From Leucoraja erinacea (Eukaryota), in assembly GCF_028641065.1 (NCBI RefSeq), contig NW_026576158.1:1-64000 (forward strand): a DNA stretch of 64,000 nt. The letters are read 5' to 3'. The notes under the pieces were generated by a model, which was not told where the DNA came from, ran no database searches, and saw only the letters and a list, made by a program, of their open reading frames with translations. The translations under genes were made by a program, and so were the position numbers. Shown here piece after piece: positions 63,891-64,000 of the stretch. Position 1 is the stretch's first letter, and every line of letters starts with the position of its first letter.

Positions 63891-64000
63891 AAAGATACAC
63901 ACGAGACTGAGACGGTTGCATTATTGGAGAAACAATTCTTGGGAATACTTTGATGCCTTTACCCGCCCTGGCCTCCATCTCCCGGTTGCTAACTTTAACG

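Noticed and set aside
63880-63925. Leader exon for the V segment
   Set aside because: The hydrophobic RLSLVCIF frame has no in-frame ATG; the ATG frame is not signal-like and gives the wrong phase; the leader probably lies beyond the window

Overview
Eukaryotic DNA, almost certainly from a cartilaginous fish (elasmobranch-type CR1/HER1-like LINE landscape; organism is an inference). More than half of the window is transposon debris (CR1, L2/Crack, Tx1/L1, Rex1/Babar, Penelope, MITEs), with three N gaps. Embedded in it on the minus strand is the core of a T-cell receptor alpha/delta locus. In transcriptional order: one V segment with a 23-type RSS and a strongly immunoglobulin-like sequence (63054-62757); two D-delta segments, each flanked by 12- and 23-RSS (55.85 kb, 54.65 kb); a J-delta cluster of eight segments (five with FGxG, splice donor and RSS, one of these with a 14-bp spacer; one lacking a recognisable RSS; two pseudo-J truncated by CR1); a three-coding-exon C-delta (Ig C1, connecting peptide with Cys, TM with conserved R/K); probable 3'-UTR exon(s); a candidate TEA-like ETS-CRE promoter; and a J-alpha segment near the window start (217-282). 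Most long ORFs in the supplied track are LINE fragments. The most interesting element is the Ig-like (TAILV-like) V lying directly upstream of D-delta.
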